A stretch of 64,000 nt of DNA from Candidatus Spongiisociaceae bacterium (GCA_965262915.1 OZ253564.1:1632001-1696000), one strand, 5' to 3'; counted from the stretch's first letter, positions 39,901-50,075 are shown. Translations and numbers: made by a program. Notes: generated by a model from the letters alone, not told the origin.

Positions 39901-40474
39901 ATTCGAGGATACTCCGGCCATTAACGTGGATGAGTACCCGGCTGTGAAGAAACACCTGAATCAGTTCTACAGTTACCTACACAGACGCTACGACCAGGGC
40001 CGTACACCATACAACCTACGGTCCTGTACTTACTGGCAAGAGTTCGCTAGGGAGAAGTTGTTCTGGAGTCACATGGCTCCAGAGGGCCGACTCGTGTACA
40101 GGAAGCGACCCATGTTCTGCAACCAGAAAGGCTTCGTCGTAACCGGGCGCTCCCTAAAGTACCTGTGTGCGATTCTCAACAGCACGCTGGCGACATGGTT
40201 CGTAGGACACACGGCGGTTACCACAGGGGAAGGACTGCCTCAATGGGACAAATTCGTAGTAGAGCAGATACCAGTGCCACGTGTTCCCTCACTAGAGGAA
40301 CAGCCCTACGGCGAGTTGGTAGACGCAATACAAGCAGCTAGATCGGCCGACCCATCGACCCCCACCAGCGAAGCGGATGCCGAGATCGACCGGATGGTCT
40401 ACGAACTCTACGGCCTCAGTGATAAGGAGATCGCCGCTGTCGAGCGGCCAACCTCGCTTGCCCACCCAGGCTGA
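36911..40474 (+). CDS. Eco57I/type IIG-like N6-adenine DNA methyltransferase with C-terminal TRD
   Basis: TGSYYTP, ILDPAVGSGAF, VIGNPPY, TaqI-like C-terminus IDRMVYELYGL; ATGA overlap with the helicase. Confidence 0.88.
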   Translation: MSPVSASQADSTGLRTSVKDVLGQIAHAEDFDRAARDLLEVLGYPTGKTMASQTGNVNDFLNRHTPLSGYKPGTRSEQKLRDENPVIKLLCQVTNENLDLAGQHSLLEQPDIDKGLHQSFLFVTVDLGGECSYRRDDYAQHTREINKRFLMPTVVLYRTNRRQLTVTFVQRRQDKRDERRDVLETVSLIRDIDFQEPHPGHLRLVEQLSIADRRDWMRKHGQSPNFDGLLRAWVDTLDTETLNKEFYRRLFDWFQRAVDEATFPTGDSETRQEEQVIRLITRLLFIWFMKEKSLVADELFIPDQVEARLRDYDPHEGDTYYPAILHNLFFATLNTEYDDQAESRRGPDHYLHTEMIDDLDGLISLFDKTPFINGGLFDRLDPDDCYSPEHERRLSVPNRLFFDPRGIITLLNSYKFTLEENTPIDQDVALDPELLGRVFENLLAAHTPETRTTVRKRTGSYYTPRYIVDYMVDEALVASLATTCAGDGSDGQVTEEMLRHLFHHGHETKAENLSDDAKQSIVRAIANIKILDPAVGSGAFPMAVLSKLTLALRRLDPDNQLWKARQRQIATKRASEAFREDDQATRDERLHVISDTFEKYRNDFGRKLYLIQNSIYGVDILPIACQIVKLRFFIALAIDQTPNQTANNRGIRPLPNLETKFVAADTLIGLQGQQALTPPPVEELLRRLDINREQHFLAAIPQHKHALREEHRALRTALADALTDGGMPSEQTERIAAWDPYDPNTPANWFVPNYMFGVMDRFDVVIGNPPYIGLQKEAGRLSKRYKHAGYVSFSGNGDIYYLFYERGTALLKPNHGVLAYITSNSWMKAKYASDLRGYLGEHTIPIQLLDMGKDVFDAIVSTNILILQSGRRNTEPFPAVGTDTPSPDTFPPHRKHWDTIQPSHKEVPWVILSSPEVQVMNKMRSHGTPLAQWAIGMRNGIKTGYNPAFIIDRATRDRLVAEDAASTDIIRPLLRGRDIRRYRIRWDGTYLIATHNGFEDTPAINVDEYPAVKKHLNQFYSYLHRRYDQGRTPYNLRSCTYWQEFAREKLFWSHMAPEGRLVYRKRPMFCNQKGFVVTGRSLKYLCAILNSTLATWFVGHTAVTTGEGLPQWDKFVVEQIPVPRVPSLEEQPYGELVDAIQAARSADPSTPTSEADAEIDRMVYELYGLSDKEIAAVERPTSLAHPG

Positions 40475-40526
40475 CGCTACGCTCGGGCCGGTCTGACGCC
40501 GACTTCGCAACCTTGAAGCCGTCTAG

Positions 40527-40760
40527 TTCGATGATGAGGACGTACGCCGCATAGCCCTAGCCAACAACTTCGAGAAGTTTGACCTCGGCACCCGCGACCA
40601 GATACACAACGTCATAATCGACCGCATGGCAGAAAACGATGCGATAGCAGCCAGATGCCTCAACGACCCAGAGTTCGAAGAGATCGTATTCTCCAGACTC
40701 CTACGGAGCATATACGACACCATCCGGACCCAAGAACCCACATTGGGTCTCGACATATGA
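40527..40760 (+). pseudogene. C-terminal fragment of type I restriction subunit R (HsdR-like)
   Basis: ALANNFEKFDLG...IIDRMAENDAI...LNDPEF, with no upstream body. Confidence 0.55.
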
Positions 40761-40972
40761 CAGCTCCACCGGACACTGCCGGAGCCTGAACCTGCCGGCA
40801 GCCCCAACCATGCCAGCAGCGCCGAACTTGGGCCGGCGGTTGATTCCTTCAAGAAGAGACCGACACCTGCGGGTACTTCAAGTATCGCTGTTGTTCAACC
40901 GTATCGCTCTGGGGCACGGTACGGATAGCTACGTCAACCGCCCTTTCGTCCCCAACAACAGCCGCCGCGCGG

Positions 40973-42967
40973 TCACCTCGATGAGGGGTAGGTTGAGAGG
41001 AACAGGCCGAGTGAGGTGTCTTGGTTGTTGTCTGCCCACACGTGGACGATCGCTGGTACGGAATAGCCCTGTTTACCCCGTTCGATAAGGACCTCGAACT
41101 CGGAAATGCCACATAGGAAAGGTCGGTGGCGGTTGTCGGACCGTGCATCGAAGAGTGTGCTGAGACCGATGTCTTGCCTTAGCGGATGGTCAGCGACGAC
41201 CAGACGAGCGATCCTGAGCGGTGTCGGCCTGCCGTCGCCAGCGGTGATCGCATGGAGATGCGTGATCGTGCTCGTGACCTGTTCAAGCTTGTTCAGGTGC
41301 TCGTCGATCCACCGACGTAGTGACGCCAAATCGCCGTATCGGATGCCGCCGAGCAAGTTACGCTTGGTGATTTCAAGCACTAGGTAGTTGCCGGCGCTGT
41401 CGCCTATCACGAGATCCGCACGCTTCGCGTCACGGCCTGCTTCTTGGTCGATGATGGTGTCAATTGTTGTGCTGTCGATGACATGGTGGCTGCCGCCGAG
41501 CGTGTGGCACAGGTCCTTGACGTATGCCTCGAAGCAGCGTCCGAGGATGTTCCCGATACGCTGTCGGCGCGCTTGTACAGACTCGTTCTGGTTGTTATGC
41601 GCTTCTTGGCACAGCGAGATCGTTCTGTAGACAGTGTCGGGGAGGCCGACCGGTACGATCATGCCGTCATCGAACTGGAAGAACGGACGCTCTACGCATC
41701 GTTCATCAATGGTTCTTCGTCGGTCGACCAGTGTTTCACCGGGGTCGCCGTTGCCCAAGGGGCCATCGCCGAAGTAGCCAGCCTCGGCTAGTTGATCGAT
41801 GCCGGTCACTAGGTGGTCTGATACGAAAGAGAGTGCATCCTCTGCGGAGTTGCTCCCCAGAGCGTTGTTAGCGAGAGGAACCAAGCTGGGCATCGTGAAC
41901 AACTGGTTGCTCTGGTCTTGGAATGTCGTCATCACCGTGAGCATCCAGCGGACGGTCGTGGCCACGTCACGTAGGTCTAGCCCCGATGTCGTTCTCAAGT
42001 CCGAGCGGAGATCCGACGGTGCTTCGCCTTCGACCCAGGAACCATGCTGATGAGCGTCATCCAAACTGACCAACTCGTGCCAGCGCCGCAGCGAATCTTG
42101 GGGCTCGCCGATACTTTGCATCCCAAACGTGTAGGCCATCAGGGTGGATGGCCCTCCGTCGCCGAGGTTGGCGAACGGCGTGTCGTGGGACAGGATCCAC
42201 AGCGCTGTGCGAATCTCGCGATGCGAGGGTGGCTCCGACCGATCAATGCTAGGGAAGAACTCCGAAACGAGAGTCTGGACCGGTGCGCTGAGTTGCGAAG
42301 GGCCGTCTGTCTCGCATCCGGTGCTGCTACGTGAGTAGACGGCATCCATCGCTATCACTCTTACCAATTGAGGTATGACTAGGCGATGTGAGGCAATTTG
42401 CATCTGGTGGCGGTTTGCCTCGGGTCCGCTCAGAGAGTGGTACCGGAGAGTATCGCGATTCTGTGCCCATGGCCTGTGGGCTACCTCAGACGCGAATGCC
42501 CAGTGCATAGCAACGCGCAATAACGTCTCGCGTTGAGCGCACGCCAGCACAGACTGGGCGGCGCCTTGTAGCGCCCCACCTACCGCCGGTACCGGCAGAT
42601 GATGGGGGTCCAGCAGTGGCTCCGCCGCGAGAGCACGTTGGACGGAGATCTCAGCTGCGGCCGGTGAAGACACCAGAAAGGTCGTTCCCGGTAGCTCCCG
42701 CCACGGCTGATGGATGCCAGTCCCGGTCAGGTCCGGCATCATCGGCACCTGCCGCGCAGCGAAGCCGTCTGGCATCACCCCGGCAGCAGCCGCGAACGCT
42801 CCCGGGGTCCAAGGAGCTGGTAAGTTCGGCACCACCAAGGTCGGTACGGACTGCACAGGCCCCACCAGGTTCCTCAAGATGTACAGTGCCGATTGCTCCG
42901 CGCTTTCAATTCGAACCGCGAAGCGATCAGATCCTACTTGTCTAACTTCCATCCGAGCCGATCGCAC
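40973..42967 (-). CDS. Hypothetical 664-aa protein with possible C-terminal PD-(D/E)xK nuclease domain
   Basis: GRCFEAYV...RADLVI...LVLEITK. Confidence 0.55.
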   Translation of the reverse strand: MRSARMEVRQVGSDRFAVRIESAEQSALYILRNLVGPVQSVPTLVVPNLPAPWTPGAFAAAAGVMPDGFAARQVPMMPDLTGTGIHQPWRELPGTTFLVSSPAAAEISVQRALAAEPLLDPHHLPVPAVGGALQGAAQSVLACAQRETLLRVAMHWAFASEVAHRPWAQNRDTLRYHSLSGPEANRHQMQIASHRLVIPQLVRVIAMDAVYSRSSTGCETDGPSQLSAPVQTLVSEFFPSIDRSEPPSHREIRTALWILSHDTPFANLGDGGPSTLMAYTFGMQSIGEPQDSLRRWHELVSLDDAHQHGSWVEGEAPSDLRSDLRTTSGLDLRDVATTVRWMLTVMTTFQDQSNQLFTMPSLVPLANNALGSNSAEDALSFVSDHLVTGIDQLAEAGYFGDGPLGNGDPGETLVDRRRTIDERCVERPFFQFDDGMIVPVGLPDTVYRTISLCQEAHNNQNESVQARRQRIGNILGRCFEAYVKDLCHTLGGSHHVIDSTTIDTIIDQEAGRDAKRADLVIGDSAGNYLVLEITKRNLLGGIRYGDLASLRRWIDEHLNKLEQVTSTITHLHAITAGDGRPTPLRIARLVVADHPLRQDIGLSTLFDARSDNRHRPFLCGISEFEVLIERGKQGYSVPAIVHVWADNNQDTSLGLFLSTYPSSR

Positions 42968-43693
42968 ATGTCCTAAACCGAGACATCAAACTGGATACTC
43001 AACTGGTGGCGTTGATCTCGCCGAAGGCTTCGGGCCTCTCAGATTGTCGGAGTAATGCCATGGGTGGAAATCCTAGATATGTGGGGAGACAAGAGCCAGA
43101 CGCGGGGAGTGGCCGAGTCGGCGGACGAACGGTGAGCAGGGGCTCGGGATACGGGCGAAACACCGATTCTCAGTCAGCGAGAGGAGGTGACAGATTCCGG
43201 CTGAGGAGGTGACAGACTCCTGGGACCCCTACCATTACCCCTGGTCGGGGGTGGTCGCGAAGACCCCACGCAGGGGTCCTCGCGTGTTACGGGGTGCTGA
43301 GTTCGCGGGTTAGGGCTGTTGGTGGGGGTTCTGGCCTGTTTCAGGGGTGTTCGGGTGTGTTTGGCCGGGGCGTGGGGGTGTGTGGCTGTGGTTACGGGGG
43401 TATGGCGGCCGCGACGGTTGGTTCTGGACGCGGTTGATTGGACGGGGTGGGTTCCTGTCAAAGATGAGCGGTAGGGGGTTGGTTTATGGGGGTGCGCGGG
43501 TGGGTGTGGACTGGCCTGGGCGTTGGGTTGGTGAGGCTGCGGTGGTGTCGGGGGTTGCCTGGTCGGCGCGGGCTGGGGTGGCATGGTTGCGGTTCTTGGG
43601 GCGGCTGGCCCGGTGTGCGCGACTTGTGTAGCCAAAGTAAGGTATTACGAGAGGGCCGACAAAGCCGCCCCCGGCGAAGGGAAGCACCCGGGC

Positions 43694-44074
43694 ATGGCCA
43701 CAACATCCACCGAACGGCTCCGCGACCTGGACGTGTACACCCACGACGACGGACGGCGGTACGTGTTCGACATGCGGATACCCCCCGGCGACACGCAAGA
43801 TGTGACCCGTGTCGAACCCCGCCCTGGTTTGAGCGTCTGGGTGGAGTTCCGGAGCGGCGCCCGCGGGACTGTCGATCTGTCCGACATCGCCGACGCGACG
43901 CCGAAGGTTGCGGAGCTGTGGTCGGACAGGGACTACTTCGAGACCGTCCACGTCGCGGACGGGGGGGTGGCGTGGGAGAGCGACCTTTACGATATCAGTC
44001 CGATGGTCCTGTACATGCGGGTCACGGGCAAACAGTTGGACGAAGTGTTCCCGCAGGTCAGATTCCTGGACTGA
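43694..44074 (+). CDS. DUF2442-like putative antitoxin
   Basis: VWVEFRSG.RGTVDLS...VAW...DISP.VLY. Confidence 0.7.
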   Translation: MATTSTERLRDLDVYTHDDGRRYVFDMRIPPGDTQDVTRVEPRPGLSVWVEFRSGARGTVDLSDIADATPKVAELWSDRDYFETVHVADGGVAWESDLYDISPMVLYMRVTGKQLDEVFPQVRFLD

Positions 44075-44358
44075 TGCCACGCATCTCCGAGTTCTACGGC
44101 ATCAAGATACGCATTTTCTACAGGGAACCGCACTGGCTGCCCCATTTCCAAGCCCGCCACGCAGGCAAAACGATAAGTGTCAACATCAAGACTATGGAAG
44201 TGCTCAGCGGGGCCGTTGGTAGGGGCCGGTTCGACGTAACCGCGTTGGACCATGTCATGGAGTGGGGCTGGCTTCACCAGCAGGAGCTGCTAGACGCATG
44301 GGAGGACGCCCGCCAGGGTCGTCCCCTACCCTGGATAGAACCACTCCCGGGCGGGTAA
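44074..44358 (+). CDS. DUF4160-like putative toxin
   Basis: MPRISEFYGIKIRIFY.EPH.LPHF...W..LHQQELLDAW......I.PL. Confidence 0.8.
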   Translation: MPRISEFYGIKIRIFYREPHWLPHFQARHAGKTISVNIKTMEVLSGAVGRGRFDVTALDHVMEWGWLHQQELLDAWEDARQGRPLPWIEPLPGG

Positions 44359-44906
44359 CAGGACATCCAGTTCCCCCGGTTACGGGATGCCCCGTCGCGC
44401 GGCGAACGACGGGAGTTCAACGAATCGTCAACACCAGCCGCGGACCGCCCGCAGGGTCGCAGGTTTCCCGCAGCTAAGGCCGGCGGGTCACGGACGAAAC
44501 CGGGAAGCCGCGCAGACTTAAGGGCAGGGCGCCGCTCTACGGCATCGACCCCGCCTGTAAACGGCGGGGCCACGCCCGGCTAGGCCGTTCGATTCTCAGC
44601 CAGCGAGGAGGAGACAGATTCCGGCTGAGGAGGAGACAGACTCCCCGGACCCCTACCATCACGCCTGGTCAGGGGTGGTCGCGAAGACCCCACAGCGGGG
44701 TCTTCGCGTGTTGGGCCTGTGTTAGTTCGCGGGTTAGGGGTGTTGGTGGGGGTTCTGGCCTGTTTTCGGGGTGTTCGGGTGTGTTTGGCCGGTGTTCGGG
44801 GGTGTGTGGCGGTGGTTGCGGGTGGTGTTGGCCGCGACGGCCGGTTCTGGACGCGTTTGGTTTGACGGGTGGGGTTCCCGTCAGCGGGGAGCGGTAGGGG
44901 GTTGGT

Positions 44907-46697
44907 TTATGGGGGTGCTCGGGTGGGTGTGAGCTGGCCTGGGCGTTGGGTTGGTGCGTCTGGTGGGGTGGTGTCGGGGTTCGTCTGTTCGGCGTGGTCC
45001 GCTGTGGCATGGTTGCGGTTCTTGGGGCGGCGGGTTCTTCCGGTTTGTTCGAGGTTGTGGATGACGGCTGCCATGAGCGCGGCGAGTGTGTGGGGAGCGA
45101 GACCGAACGCGCGGCAGGAGTCCTTCTCTAGGCTGCCGTCGTCTTTGATCATGCCGTTGACGCCTTCGACGGGGTTGCGTCCGGCGTAGTCGGTTGCCCA
45201 CTTCGTGGTGCCGTAGGCGTTGCGCTGGTGGTTGTCGAGTTCGTCGACACCGAGGGTGATCATCCCGTCGCAGCAGGTTTCCCTGTCGGCGACGGCGGTG
45301 ACGGGCAGGGGGGTGCGGCGTTTGCGGCGGTTGGCCCGTTCGGATTTGCGGGTTTTGGCTGTGCTTCTGACTTTGCCTGCGCATTGGGGGCATATGATCT
45401 TCTTCCGCCCGTCGGGGAAGCGTCCGATGACTACCCATGCGTATTTGGCTCGTTCGTCGAACCATTCTTGGCGGTCGGTTCCGGTCAGCCCGTCGGATGG
45501 GCTGAGTAGGTGTTCTGGTGTCCATTCGACGAGAGGGGTGCCACAGTTCACATAGATGGGGGTGTTGTTTCTGCCTGCGGTGATGAGCTTGACGCCTCCC
45601 TGTTTGTCTTTGGCCTGGTTCATTACGATCTCCCAGCCGTGTTCATGTAGGGGCCGGACGAAGGTCGTTTTCTTGGCGGTGTAGTGCTGGTCGGCTTTCA
45701 CGACTTCGACGCGGGGTGCTAGCTGCTTCGCTTTGGTGGCTACCTGATATCCGATGGGTCCGACGTGTTGGTCGGCGGCTGCGAGGACCATCGAGACAAT
45801 GTACGGGGAGACAGGCTCCTGCCGTTTGCCCCGGATGGAGGCGCGTACTGCAACGGCTAGATGAGCGAAGTAGCCGTTGAACCCCCCGGCTGGGTATTTC
45901 GACGTTGCGCTGCGGCGGCCGGAGCCGTCTTCGACGTCCTTGGTGTGTTGGATCTTGCCGTTGAGCTTGAAGATCGTTTCAGGGGGTATGCGGCCGGCGT
46001 CGATCTCTGACTGGCGTGTGAAGTCGGTGGTGCGTGCCCAGGTTTGGTAGTCGGTGCCGTCGAGGGCGATCTCGGAGACCTTGCTAGCGACCCATTTGGG
46101 AATCGACGGCCCGAGGAAGCGGTCGACCATCCATTGCAGATCGATGCGGGTCCCGTCGGCTGTTTCCGCTCCGTCGCGGAGGAAGCGTTCGATGCGGTGG
46201 GCCTGACGCCAGACGAGGTTGTAGGACACGAGCGAGTCGCCACTGTCGGGATCCAGCAGACCCCATTCCACCGCGACTGCAGCGTCGAGACCCGAGACAA
46301 CCTCGCACAACGTAGTCCGCTTGTAGCTGCCTTGGTGCCGAGCGGCGAGGAGCATGACCGTAAGGATCATCCGGGTAGAGAGCACGGGCTGTTCCCCCGG
46401 ATGGGCACGCAGGACCTCGTCTATGCGCTTGCAGACTCCGGTGTTGCCCACGTACTGATACATGCGCCGGGCGCTGAAGGCGGCAGTGAGTATCGGTCCC
46501 CGGCGGCGGATTCCCTCCTCGGCGGTATCCCCCCAGATGTGGTCACCCGACCGACCTGTTTCGTGGTCGTCGGCGCTGGGATGGTCTCTGGGTAGTCTCC
46601 TCTGAGCGTTCAGCTCGTACAGCCGGGCCGGTTCCGGGATGCCCTTCTTGGCGTACCGGTCGCGGCAGCGGCGGGCAGCCCGGGCCGTGCTGCTCAC
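44907..46697 (-). CDS. DDE transposase, second copy
   Basis: IALDGTD, VKADQHY, YAGRNPVEGVNGMIK; clear paralog of 29794-31596. Confidence 0.8.
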   Translation of the reverse strand: MSSTARAARRCRDRYAKKGIPEPARLYELNAQRRLPRDHPSADDHETGRSGDHIWGDTAEEGIRRRGPILTAAFSARRMYQYVGNTGVCKRIDEVLRAHPGEQPVLSTRMILTVMLLAARHQGSYKRTTLCEVVSGLDAAVAVEWGLLDPDSGDSLVSYNLVWRQAHRIERFLRDGAETADGTRIDLQWMVDRFLGPSIPKWVASKVSEIALDGTDYQTWARTTDFTRQSEIDAGRIPPETIFKLNGKIQHTKDVEDGSGRRSATSKYPAGGFNGYFAHLAVAVRASIRGKRQEPVSPYIVSMVLAAADQHVGPIGYQVATKAKQLAPRVEVVKADQHYTAKKTTFVRPLHEHGWEIVMNQAKDKQGGVKLITAGRNNTPIYVNCGTPLVEWTPEHLLSPSDGLTGTDRQEWFDERAKYAWVVIGRFPDGRKKIICPQCAGKVRSTAKTRKSERANRRKRRTPLPVTAVADRETCCDGMITLGVDELDNHQRNAYGTTKWATDYAGRNPVEGVNGMIKDDGSLEKDSCRAFGLAPHTLAALMAAVIHNLEQTGRTRRPKNRNHATADHAEQTNPDTTPPDAPTQRPGQLTPTRAPP

Positions 46698-47647
46698 GCT
46701 CTCAACCCTTCGAGGGCGGCTTCTACCGGATCGAGGTCAGCGGCCGCAGCTGCCAGCAGCGCGGTGAGGGTGTCACCCGACAACGGACCGGCGATCCGGC
46801 GCAGCGCCGACAGGGAAGTACCCGCGTGTAGGTGGGCGACCAGCCATGTGGAACGGGCACGCCGCACCGAAAGGGTACGGCCACTGATCCCAACCTGCCG
46901 ACACAACATGTACACAGCGGTGCGATGCGTCGCCGAAACGAACCGTTCGCCGTCGGCCAGCTCCACAGCTTCGCGTACGAGGGATGTGTAATCGTGGCGT
47001 ATCGGCACCATGCGCGGATGCGTGCCCCCGACCCGTATACCGAGCCGGTCGTTTCCGAGGTTGACCAGATCGCCGGTCTCGGCTGCTGCGACCGCCGGAC
47101 TGAGCAGACCCGCCCCGAGAGTGGCAGCGACCACCCAGCGACGGCCCGCGGGCTCCACCCGGGCCGGCAAACGTGCCGACAGCCGGAACACTGCCTCATC
47201 TCCCGGCGTATACGGGCTCGACGGGGGTATGCGCCCGATCGGTTCCCCAACAGGGGCCTCGACCCAGCCGTCCGGGAACACAGCCCGCCCCACCCGGCGT
47301 AGAATCCACCTGGTGTGGCGCCGCCACACCACACTCTTATGAGCGTTCGCTTCGAACGCCCAGTACTCCACGTTGGCGGGACACAACATCCGGACATCCA
47401 CCGTGGCAGACACCCCGAATGTCCAGGCAGCGAACTGCGACGTAACGCGAAGCATCTCGCGGACCATCGAAACGGTATCCGGGTGAGCAGCCGCAACCCA
47501 GCAACGTACCGTCGGCCATACCAGCGTTTCGAGGTCTCCGCTGTCATCCGGATAGGTGTCCCAAACCGGTGGGCGCCACAACGACAGCCTCGCCAGCACG
47601 TCAGGAACCAGATCGGCAGATAGCGGAGCCCGGGTGAAGCAGGTCAC
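46694..47647 (-). CDS. Degenerate tyrosine-recombinase-fold protein, second copy
   Basis: Same length (317 aa) and same non-catalytic substitutions as 31593-32546. Confidence 0.7.
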   Translation of the reverse strand: MTCFTRAPLSADLVPDVLARLSLWRPPVWDTYPDDSGDLETLVWPTVRCWVAAAHPDTVSMVREMLRVTSQFAAWTFGVSATVDVRMLCPANVEYWAFEANAHKSVVWRRHTRWILRRVGRAVFPDGWVEAPVGEPIGRIPPSSPYTPGDEAVFRLSARLPARVEPAGRRWVVAATLGAGLLSPAVAAAETGDLVNLGNDRLGIRVGGTHPRMVPIRHDYTSLVREAVELADGERFVSATHRTAVYMLCRQVGISGRTLSVRRARSTWLVAHLHAGTSLSALRRIAGPLSGDTLTALLAAAAADLDPVEAALEGLRA

Positions 47648-47922
47648 AGCCGCGACCTTGACCGTGGGGAGGCGGTCTGCCGCAGCCAGGGCAGCCGCAT
47701 CACGGCCTCGTGTTGTATACTATACTGCACAAGAAGCCCCCCAGTGGGTGTAAGGCCCGCGGTGCTCAGAGTTTTGTCAGAACCGTTTGAGCACCGTGGG
47801 CTCTTCTGTTTTCGGCGCCGCCCTGTAAAAAGCACGCAAGGCCCTTCGCATGGCAGATCACGAAATAGCAGCCGCTGAACGGATCGTGGACGACAACTTT
47901 GATGAGATGCTGGAAGGGTGGT

Positions 47923-48519
47923 ATGACCATTTTCAACGATGATCTGGCAGTCGCCCAGTTAGAAGTCACCGACAGCGCGATACGTGTCTGGCTGAACGAC
48001 GGCAGAACGCTGACTGTTCCCGTTGGATGGTTCCCCGACCTAGAATCCACCGACCCCTTACAGTGGGGTCGGTGGATTCCGACAGGTTCGGGGGTTCGCT
48101 GGCCGGATCTCGGCGTGGAAACCAAGTTGGGGGATTTGCTGGCGGATAGCCCACTCCAGCATCCCGAAGGGATCGACCATGCCCGTCTAGCCAACGTGGA
48201 CGTGACCAACCGTAGTCTCTGCGTCTGGTTAAACGATGGCAGAACGCTGACTGTCCCGCTCTGGTGGTTTCCCCGCCTATGCGACGGCACACCCGAAGAA
48301 CGGAACGGGTGGCATATCAGAGACGGCGGAACCGATATCGTTTGGAAAGATCTGGACGAAGTGTATTACCTAGAAGATCTGTTAGCTGGGGGCTGGTCGC
48401 GGGAATCAGCTCGGTCGCTGGGTCGGTGGCTGCTCGCCCGCAGAGAAGGCCGACCCGTCGCCGCCTACCAGATTTCCAAGTTCCATAAGAGTATGCCCCA
48501 GCCAGAACCGTTGACCTAA
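47923..48519 (+). CDS. Tandem double DUF2442 protein
   Basis: VWLNDGRTLTVP..WFP.L occurs twice; preceded by a DUF4160-like C-terminal remnant (RIVDDNFDEMLEGWYDHF). Confidence 0.75.
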   Translation: MTIFNDDLAVAQLEVTDSAIRVWLNDGRTLTVPVGWFPDLESTDPLQWGRWIPTGSGVRWPDLGVETKLGDLLADSPLQHPEGIDHARLANVDVTNRSLCVWLNDGRTLTVPLWWFPRLCDGTPEERNGWHIRDGGTDIVWKDLDEVYYLEDLLAGGWSRESARSLGRWLLARREGRPVAAYQISKFHKSMPQPEPLT

Positions 48520-48684
48520 CGGGAGAATACTCATCGCTACGCCGCCCACCACCATCAGGTGGACCGACTCTGGTGGGGCTGCGAACAGGTTGCGGCTAGG
48601 CGACGTGAGAAGCCTGTCTAACTGCTTATCTAGTTCAGGGAACAGAACCCTTAGCAGGGTACGCTGATCGAAGGTTTGTGACAA
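48517..48684 (-). pseudogene. N-terminal fragment of a nucleotidyltransferase-like toxin
   Basis: LFPELDKQL...LMVVGGVAM resembles the N-terminus of 56686-57225. Confidence 0.4.
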
Positions 48685-50075
48685 CGGGCCGCTCTTTTAA
48701 GAGTTCTGTGCTTCTCTGGCGGCGTGCGCTGCGCGGAGCCGGGCGAACACATCCTTTTTATATTCCAGCATGTCGGCTTCGTAGTAGACGCCGTGTTTAG
48801 CGCAGGCGGGCGGCGCAAGCGCCCGACGGGGATCCACGCGGGAATCACCGCCATCATCTCCCGTGCCCGAACAGCGGCAGTCGCGTAATCATGCTTTCCG
48901 ATAGCGTTCTGCATCTCGGACATGGACCCGAAGTACGCGTCCGTCGCGGCTGTCGGGGGTTCCCTGAACGCACCGCCAGAACCGAGATCGGACTCCGACG
49001 CCACCTGAAGGGTGGCCGCGTCCTTCTGTAGCAACGCGCCGAGCTTCGTGGAATCACTAGTACTCATACACGACGTCCAGTCGACGAGGCGGGTTCCAGC
49101 CATATGACCCTCCCCGCTGGTATCTCCTTCCACGGCCCGACGTCAGAAGCGCTTGCCTTCGTATCGCACGGCCCCCCACCTGGACAACATCGCCATCTGA
49201 CCTCCGGCCACCTACTTCGATCACTTCTACCTCCCCTGCTCAGCGGCAGCCGTGACGCTTCCGCCGCCGCTCCATGCCCATCTGGCAATTGATACCAACT
49301 GGGCCGCTGGCGATCAGCAACTAACCGTACCGGGCTAGCCGCGGGATGCGGGCAGGGCTCCCGCCTAGGCCGCCGGGGGGTCAATGTCAGCTCCACGTAT
49401 GAAGGTGCCTTACGCGGACCGGGACGGCGTACTGGTTCACGCGTCGCAGGTGGAGCGGGGTTGGGCGTGCGGATGCGTCTGTGTCGGGCACCAAGACCAG
49501 ACCTCATTTCGCTCATCACGCTGGTGCGGGGGATTGTGACGGGAGTGTGGAACCCGTCTGGTAGCTAGAAGGGCGTTGGCCGCTGTCTCGGCGACTGAGA
49601 AGAGGAGACAGACTCCCGGGACCCCTACCATTACCCCTGGTCAGGGGTGGTCGCGAAGACCCCACAGAGGGGTCTTCGCGTGTTATGGGCTGTTGAGTTC
49701 GCGGGTTAGGTGGTTTGGTCGGGTTCTTGGGTGGTTTCGGGGGTCTTAGAGCCGGTTTCGGCGGTGTTCGTGGTGGTTGTGGCGCCGGTTATGGGTGCTG
49801 GTGGTTTTGGTGGCTGGTTCTGGACGCGTCTGGTTCGACGGGTGCGTTCCCGTCAAGGATGAGCGGTAGGGGGTTGGTTTATGGGGGTGCGCGGGTGGGT
49901 GTGGACTGGCCTGGGCGTTGGGTTGGTGAGGCTGCGGTGGTGTCGGGGGTTGCCTGGTCGGCGCGGCCTGGGGTGCTTGGGTTGTCCTTCTCGGGGCTCC
50001 GGGTTCGTCGGGTTTGTTTGAGGTTGTGGATGACGGCGGCGGCGAGTGTGTGGCTGTTACCGCCCTAGAGTCGGG

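Larger units (their letters stand above)
29584..43267. mobile_element. Unit 1 (autonomous; restriction-modification-like cargo)
   Basis: Left TIR at 29584, right TIR ending 43267, contains the transposase pair. Confidence 0.85.
43273..44691. mobile_element. Unit 2 (non-autonomous, 1.4 kb; TA cargo)
   Basis: Left end GGGGTCCTCGCG plus transposase 3' tail; right end CGCGAAGACCCC. Confidence 0.85.
44697..49663. mobile_element. Unit 3 (autonomous, 5.0 kb)
   Basis: Both TIRs; second transposase pair. Confidence 0.87.

Noticed and set aside
48700-49590. Short ORFs in the right part of unit 3
   Set aside because: No recognisable motifs; likely gene debris
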